From contig NIVC01000274.1 of assembly GCA_002269645.1 (NCBI GenBank), forward strand, positions 1 through 64,000: DNA of 64,000 nt. The letters run 5' to 3'. The translations under genes were made by a program, and so were the position numbers. Shown here piece by piece: positions 57,173-64,000 of this stretch; position 1 is the stretch's first letter, and each line of letters begins with the position of its first letter. The notes under the pieces are model-generated. The model saw nothing but the letters and a program-made list of their open reading frames with translations. It was not told the DNA's origin and searched no databases. Source of the stretch: Macrostomum lignano. Lineage: Eukaryota.

Positions 57173-57764
57173 GTACACGTATCAGCCTTCATCTCTGTTT
57201 CCTTCAGCCTCTCCATTTTGGCCTATTCCAGGGTAGGCTGGGTAGGTAGGCTCGCCATCGCTAATTTTCTTTTTATTCCTGTTTCCTCTCAGCCTGACCT
57301 CTACTTACTTGGCTTTTCTCATTTGTTGTTGCTGTCATTGCAATTTGGCGAATTCATTTTTCTTATCCACCCTCCCTTATTATTGCATTCGGATTTCATC
57401 GCTTGTCCCCCCTCTGTCTGCCCCGCCCCCCTCCAAGACTGCTGCCGCTGCCTCCAGCTCATTGCCATTATGGTGGCTGCTGATTGGTGCCTGGCTCAGG
57501 GGCGGAAGCCATAGGCCAAAATAGCTGGGAGAGAGGAGTTGGAGATGGAAGATTGAGGGGAATATATAGCTGGTGAAGTTTTGGGGGATTTTTCCGATCG
57601 ATACTCTTGGAAGCTTTACGAGTAGTCTTTGACAACCGTTTTACACTGACTGGAAAGGAAAGCTGGCTAACATTTAACTGCCCGTGAGTTCGGTGAGTTG
57701 CCTGCTCGATGTTGACAAGTTGCGTTCGGATGAACCAGCGGATATACGCCAGTCCAGCCCTTGA

Positions 57765-58205
57765 GTCCCGACTCTACCTTATCTCAGGCTGGTGGACTCT
57801 CATCTTCCATTCCCGACTCTACCCCATCTCAGGCTGGTGGACTCTCATCTTCCATTCCCGACTCTACCCCATCTCAGGCTGGTGGACTCACCCTCTGAGT
57901 CCCGAGCCTACCCCAATCTCAGGCTGGTGGACTCTCACCCTCTGAGTCCCGAGTCTACCTCATCTCAGGCTGGTGGACTCTCACCCTTTGAGTCCCGACT
58001 CTACCATATCCCAGGCTGGTGGACTCTCATCTTCCACTCCCGACTCTACCCCATCTCAGGCTAGTGGACTCTCATCTTCCATTCCCGACTCTACCCCATC
58101 TCAGGCTGGTGGACTCTCACCCTCTGAGTCCTGACTCCCCATCTCAGGCTGGTGGACTCTCACCCTCTGAGTCCTGACTCCCCATCTCAGACTGGTGGAC
58201 TCTTA
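57765..58205. repeat. Approximately 43-bp minisatellite (CTCAGGCTGGTGGACTCTCATCTTCCATTCCCGACTCTACCCCAT)
   Basis: Visible array. Confidence 0.93.
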
Positions 58206-59474
58206 TCTCTGGTCAAACTTCTTCCTACCCTCAAGAGTCGCGACTGGTCTGCCTCATCTCTGTTCAGACTCCTTCCTACCCACAGAGTCGCGGCACAAAT
58301 CGCTGAAATGTTGAACAGTAGCAAATCGAAGCAACCTGAGATCATATTTTTCCTGGAATCAGCTCCCGCATTCTGGGAATCTGAATCTCTCGATTCAGTA
58401 ACAGAAATAGGCGGAGGCGGCAGGGAGAAGCGGCTTTGGCTGTCAGTTGCTTCTGTTCGTGCTAAGCGAAATGTCAGTTGCTTGGCCCTGTTCTGTTGTC
58501 TTTTGCGCGCTCCGCTCCGCCAGAATTCCTCTGGTTACACACTCGGCATGGCTGGGAGGCGGTTCTCGTACGCAGCCAGGCGTGAGAGCATCGGGTGTAC
58601 AAATCGCGCTTGCCTGATGCGGCTGGGGTCGCACTTCAAGGCTACCGGGGGGGGGGCTGGAACGGGCAAGCGGCACACAGATAAAGCCAATGGGTGAGGA
58701 TCGGAGGCCTCGTTTCGGTACAGAGAAGTGGCAGGTTCTGTTTTTTCTCTCTAACCCCCCCCCCCTAAGGAGCTACTTCACCTTGAAGCTTTGGCAAGCT
58801 GTGGGGCGGACTTTTAACTCCATCCTCCGCTTACATTTAACGCAGCTGTGCCCCGGCTGGTGTAACTACAGTCGAACTGGGGTCCCCGATAGACAGCTGA
58901 TTGGAATTGGCCCAGAAAGGAGACACTGGCCGAGAGGAAAAGGGAAGATGGAGAACGCGCTAGGCGAGGAGATTTTGTGAGGCTTGAAATATAGGGAACT
59001 GTGGCTGCCTAGTTGGGATAATGTTTCTCATTAAGAATCCCACACTGGAGAAAGTGGCAAAGCGCGACTCCGATATTGGAGTTCACTCGGGACGAATCCA
59101 GTTAGCTTCACATGCTCAGAGGCAGCCAGAGAGAGGGGGGTTCTCAAGAACAAATCGATTCTCCTCGTTGTTTTTCTTATCCCAACTCATAATTGGGGGT
59201 TTCTCGGCTGGAAAATGAAGCCAATTTCCTTTTTTGTGGAGGCTGCGTGTGTGCGAAGCGATAGTGTCTTAAGGATGATTGTTAGCAAAGTTGCGTGTAC
59301 TCTTGACAGCCTGAGAAGCCGACTGAAACAAGCTGTGAAGGATTCGCAGCTGCCATCTGTTGAGATGCATCGGGTGCAATACTTGAATTGTTCATACTGC
59401 TTGAGAACTGCTTGAAACTGCTCCGCTGAGATGAGTGCATCTGCTTGCTAGTAGATCTGTGAGTGGGATCTGAT

Positions 59475-60545
59475 AGGATAATCTACAGAAAAAATCTGCT
59501 GGCTGGGAGAATCTACAGAAAGAATCTGCTGGCTGGGAGAATCTACAGAAAAAATCTGCTGGCTGGGAGAATCTACAGAAAGAATCTGATAGCTGGGAGA
59601 ATCTACAGAAAGAATCTGCTAGCTAAGAGAATCTACAGAAAGAATCTGATAGCTGGGAGAATCTACAGAAAGAATCTGCTAGATAGGAGAATCTACAGAA
59701 AGAATCTGCAGGCTGCGAGAATCTACAGAAAGAATCTGCTAGCTAGGAGAATCTACAGAAAGAATCTGATAGCTAAGAGAATCTACAGAAAGAACCTGCT
59801 AGCTAAGAGAATCTACAGAAAGAATCTGATAGCTAAGAGAATCTACAGAAAGAATCTGATAGCTAAGAGAATCTACAGAAAGAATCTGATAGCTGGGAGA
59901 ATCTACAGAAAGAATCTGCTAGCTAGGAGAATCTACAGAAAGAATCTGATAGCTAAGAGAATCTACAGAAAGAACCTGCTAGCTAAGAGAATCTACAGAA
60001 AGAATCTGATAGCTAAGAGAATCTACAGAAAGAATCTGATAGCTAAGAGAATCTACAGAAAGAATCTGATAGCTAGGAGAATCTACAGAAAGAATCTGCT
60101 AGCTAGGAGAATCTACAGAAAGAATCTGCTAGCTAGGAGAATCCACAGAAAGAATCTGATAGCTGGGAGAATCTACAGAAAGAATCTGATAGCTGGGAGA
60201 ATCTACAGAAAGAATCTGATAGCTAAGAGAATCTACAGAAAGAATCTGATAGCTAAGAGAATCTACAGAAAGAATCTGATAGCTAGGAGAATCTACAGAA
60301 AGAATCTGCTAGCTAGGAGAATCTACAGAAAGAATCTGCTAGCTAGGAGAATCCACAGAAAGAATCTGATAGCTGGGAGAATCTACAGAAAGAATCTGAT
60401 AGCTAAGAGAATCTACAGAAAGAATCTGATAGCTAAGAGAATCTACAGAAAGAATCTGATAGCTAAGAGAATCTACAGAAAGAATCTGATAGCTAAGAGA
60501 ATCTACAGAAAGAATCTGATAGCTGGGAGAATCTACAGAAAGAAT
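59475..60545. repeat. 30-bp minisatellite (AGAATCTACAGAAAGAATCTGATAGCTAAG), about 36 copies
   Basis: Visible array; 10-aa periodicity. Confidence 0.98.
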
Positions 60546-61284
60546 ATGCAGGCTTAAGAAACTGCCGGGAGGCACTGCCTGTTTTAACTGCAGCAAAAAT
60601 ATTCAAACCAATCTGGCGCGACCGTCTGCCATCTCAAGCAGAAATCTACTCAAATAAAAGAAAAAAACTAGGTCACGCAGTCAATACCAGATTAGCCAGC
60701 CGAATTAGGAATAATATTTTGTTTTGCTCTGCTAACCACCCCGGACTCCTCAGAGTCCTGGCCGGCATCTTGAATCTGCAGGCCAGCACAAGTGTGGTAT
60801 TTCGCTTCGGCGAGATCCTCACAGCTACCTGAAATATTGATGAGGCTACAGGGCGGCCCAATCTATCGGAAAACTCAGCACTACCCGCACAGTTCAGAGG
60901 CAGAATTTCGCTGGGCCATCTATCCTATACTAGTATACCAGGGTCAGTATACTGTAGTGCGGGACCTCATTCTGAGGAATAAAATCCTCGAGCTGCTTCG
61001 AATGAGCCCAAAAAGTTTTCTGTCCCTCCCTCCCTCTGCGAGGGCTCAAATAAATCCCCCATGCCAGTCCCGAAATCCCAGAAACTGATAGAGAAATAGA
61101 AAAACTATAATTTAATCCCCTCGCTAAGCTGGAGGCTGACGGGCTGGGAAGCTGCCGAATAATGGAGATGGGGATCAGGGGATCGAGGCGTGCCGCCGGA
61201 TATTGTATTTTATGGCGGCTTTGGCGACCGGCTCTTTTAAATCCCCATTTTCTAATCATCATAGATCACTTCGTCATCAATCCT

Positions 61285-62480
61285 ATATGTGTCCGATCTC
61301 TATCCGATCTCTATCCGAACTCTATCCCATCTGTGTCCGAACTCTATCCGATCTGTATCTGATCTCTATCCGATCTCTATCCGATCTCTATCTGATCTCT
61401 ATTTGATCTCTAACCAATATTTATCCAATCTCTATACGATCTCTATCTGATTTCTATCCGATCTTTATCCGATCTCAATCCTATCTATATCCGATCCATA
61501 TCATTGTTTTTTCTCTAACTGTGTGAGATAATTCTAGAACTTTTAAGAATTTATTTACCTGATTTCTAAGCTAAACTAACAGTAATTTTTATCAAGCACA
61601 CAAATGGCTTTCCAATATCAGTTGGCCCCAAGTCTGATAGGCAGCCGCAAAAGTGCACACGCTGTATACCCAGGGGACTCGCCGAAGGTTGCAACTTCAG
61701 CAGCTCCCAGCAGTCAAGCCCCGTCATCCTACTTGAGGAGCATAGCAACTGTCGATTGCTATTTTGTAGGCCAAGCAAAAATTTGCGGTCTAACTGAACA
61801 ACTTCGACCCACAAGGCACAGCTCAGTAGTTCATGAGTTGCGATAAAAGTGCAAAAACTCCCTGCTCACCCCCTCTCGCTTGAGCGCTCAACTTCCCGCT
61901 GCTAAGAGCCTAAAGGACGGGCAGCTATCAGTCTGCGGAACATGCAACATTTCTACTGCTATCTGCTTATTAAAAGCAGCAATAAACCAATAAAAGTGCA
62001 AATTCCAATTAAGTCTTATGGAGAAAATTTTCGACTCATATTTCGGACCGGACATCAAAGCTGTTTGCTATGCTGCGCTACGGCTCGCGACTTTTGCAGC
62101 TTGATCAAAGAGTTTTTCTCTGCCCGTAGCAACAAATGAGGACGGCAACGATCAATAAGCAAGCACTTTATCGACGCTGCGGCCAAGGACCACTAGACAA
62201 TAGTAACTGGACGGGAATATAACATTGCTGAGCGCGATCATATCCAATCTCTATCTGATCTCTATTTGATCTCTAACCAATATTTATCCAATCTCTATCC
62301 GATCTCTATCCGATCTCTATCCGATCTCTATCCGATCTCTATCTAATCTCTATCCGATCTCTATCCGATCCCTATCTAATCTCTATCCGATCTCTATCTA
62401 ATCTCTATCCGATCTCTATCCGATCTCTATCCGATCCCTATCCGATATCTGTCCGATCTCTATCTGATGTCTATCCGATC
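61285..62480. repeat. Two clusters of an 11-bp repeat (TCTCTATCCGA) at 61285-61500 and 62240-62480
   Basis: Visible; the clusters share an exact 52-bp block. Confidence 0.9.
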
Positions 62481-63769
62481 TCAGACTTTCCAACTACTTT
62501 CTTGTTAACTTTTCATACATCGGCCGGCACAAACGGGCACAAAGACAAACAAATCATATATAAAAGATTGCAGTAACTTTATATGAATTGATATTAAAGC
62601 TTTCAAAAAATATTTGAAAAAATGCAAAAACTCTTGTTAATTTTTTTTCATTTCGAGCTAACGATTTTGCAGCAGTCTACTAACATAGTAGTGTAAACAG
62701 TAAAGTGCTTCTTTATAAGGCTGTATAAAAATCACTATTTTAGCAAGTTTTAACGATAGTTTCTAGGGTCTAAAATACTACTAATTTGCTACACAGATAA
62801 CGATAGCTATACAGACGTATTGCCATATTTTCTCCCATATCCCGTCGCAGCTACCAATGCGGATATGCCCCCATCATTCTTGCCCTTCTTTGTCCTTCTG
62901 CCAGACCGCGTCTGCAGGATGATGTGGAAGGAATCCCATTTTGGGAAGTATAGCTGGACCTTAACAGCCGTGCGGCTTCTGAACTCCCCCTTGCAGCTTT
63001 TCTCCTGTTTCTTTCTCTCTCCTATACATCCCGATTTGTAGTCGGGTAGAAGGATGCGAGGCAATGCAAGGCTACAGAAGATCAGAGGGTAACAATGCGC
63101 TCTGTATGCTTAAATTTACGACCGATTTTACAAGCTTGGAAGTAATAGAAAGCAAGAAATGCGGATTTGCAAAGAAGCGATAGAGGGCATTAAATCCTCA
63201 GCTGCTGTTCCGTTTGTTGCCCCCAAAAAATCTCCCCTTTTGCGCTGTGATTGGGAAAGGGGTGGATTTTGAATCCGATCCAGGGCCGCCTCCCCCCAAC
63301 GCAATCTCCCACACGATCGCGGCGCGACAACCCCGCTTAATCCGGTCGCATTTTCCCAGCAGTCGGATTTCATAGGAATAATCCTAGCCTAGCCCCGCCT
63401 CCCTCCCCAGCCTCACCCCACATCAGACACGGGACGGCAATAGTGATGCTGGGGCAAATGATGAGGCGGGAACTGCCATGCAAACAGCATTCTTCGTTTC
63501 TCGGTAGCTTCGCTGAATCGTCTTTTGAGATGCGGATCGAGGGATGAAGGAGGATTCTGTTGGGCAGAGATGGAGAAAGGGAAGACAGACATTCGGCAAA
63601 ATTCAGCAGCTTAGAGCGCGGGCTGAAATGTAAATTCGTCAGATTCTCAGTTTTCGCTAGTGAATGGAGGTTAATGAATTCGAAATTGCTCAGACAGGGA
63701 CTATTGACTGGGCTTCGGGACGGAATTGGCGCTGCGGGTCACTTCTCTTCTTTTGTATGTGGTGGGGAA

Positions 63770-64000
63770 TAGTAGAAGAGATAGTGGTGGGGAGTAGAAG
63801 AGATAGGGGTGGGGAATAGTAGAAGAGATAACGGTGGGGAGTAGAAGAGATAGGGGTGGGGAGTAGAAGAGATAGCGGTGGGGAATAGTAGAAGAGATAG
63901 CGGTGGGGAATAGTAGAAGAGATAGCGGTGGGGAATAGAAGAGATAGCGGTGGGGAATAGTAGAAGAGATAGCGGTGGGGAATAGTAGAAGAGATAGCGG
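63770..64000. repeat. Approximately 25-bp minisatellite (GGTGGGGAATAGTAGAAGAGATAGC), running off the window
   Basis: Visible array. Confidence 0.92.

Noticed and set aside
59463-60557. 364-aa basic ORF (RIYRKNLIAK)n resembling a protamine-like protein
   Set aside because: Coincides exactly with a 30-bp array, begins with a non-ATG codon and has no unique domain; cannot be supported without expression data.

Overview
Eukaryotic (animal) genomic DNA: GC-rich exons in AT-rich, minisatellite-laden introns. The compositional style resembles a free-living flatworm such as Macrostomum, but the host cannot be fixed from sequence alone. Five spliced genes can be reconstructed with in-phase GT-AG junctions: an ELOVL fatty-acid elongase (+, 2 coding exons), a CNBD2-like cyclic-nucleotide-binding protein (+, about 13 exons), a glutaredoxin-DEP-DUF547 protein (-, 2 exons), CDC50/TMEM30 (-, 3 exons) and a coronin (+, 5 exons). 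A frameshifted CD20/MS4A-like fragment lies at the left edge. Mobile DNA comprises a young, full-length Ty3/Gypsy LTR retrotransposon (6852-15298; identical 573-bp LTRs, TAAT target duplication, tRNA-Leu-type PBS, G-GGA-AAC frameshift site), a Penelope-like element with an inverted 3' copy and two minimal hammerhead ribozymes, a 1.17-kb foldback element, several hAT- and Tc1-type MITEs and tRNA-derived SINEs. About 20 distinct tandem-repeat arrays are also present. The most striking item is a third, non-env, acidic and NLS-bearing ORF in the Gypsy element. It has its own splice acceptor and strong Kozak context, suggesting an accessory nuclear protein made from a subgenomic mRNA. No prokaryotic features or CRISPR arrays are present.
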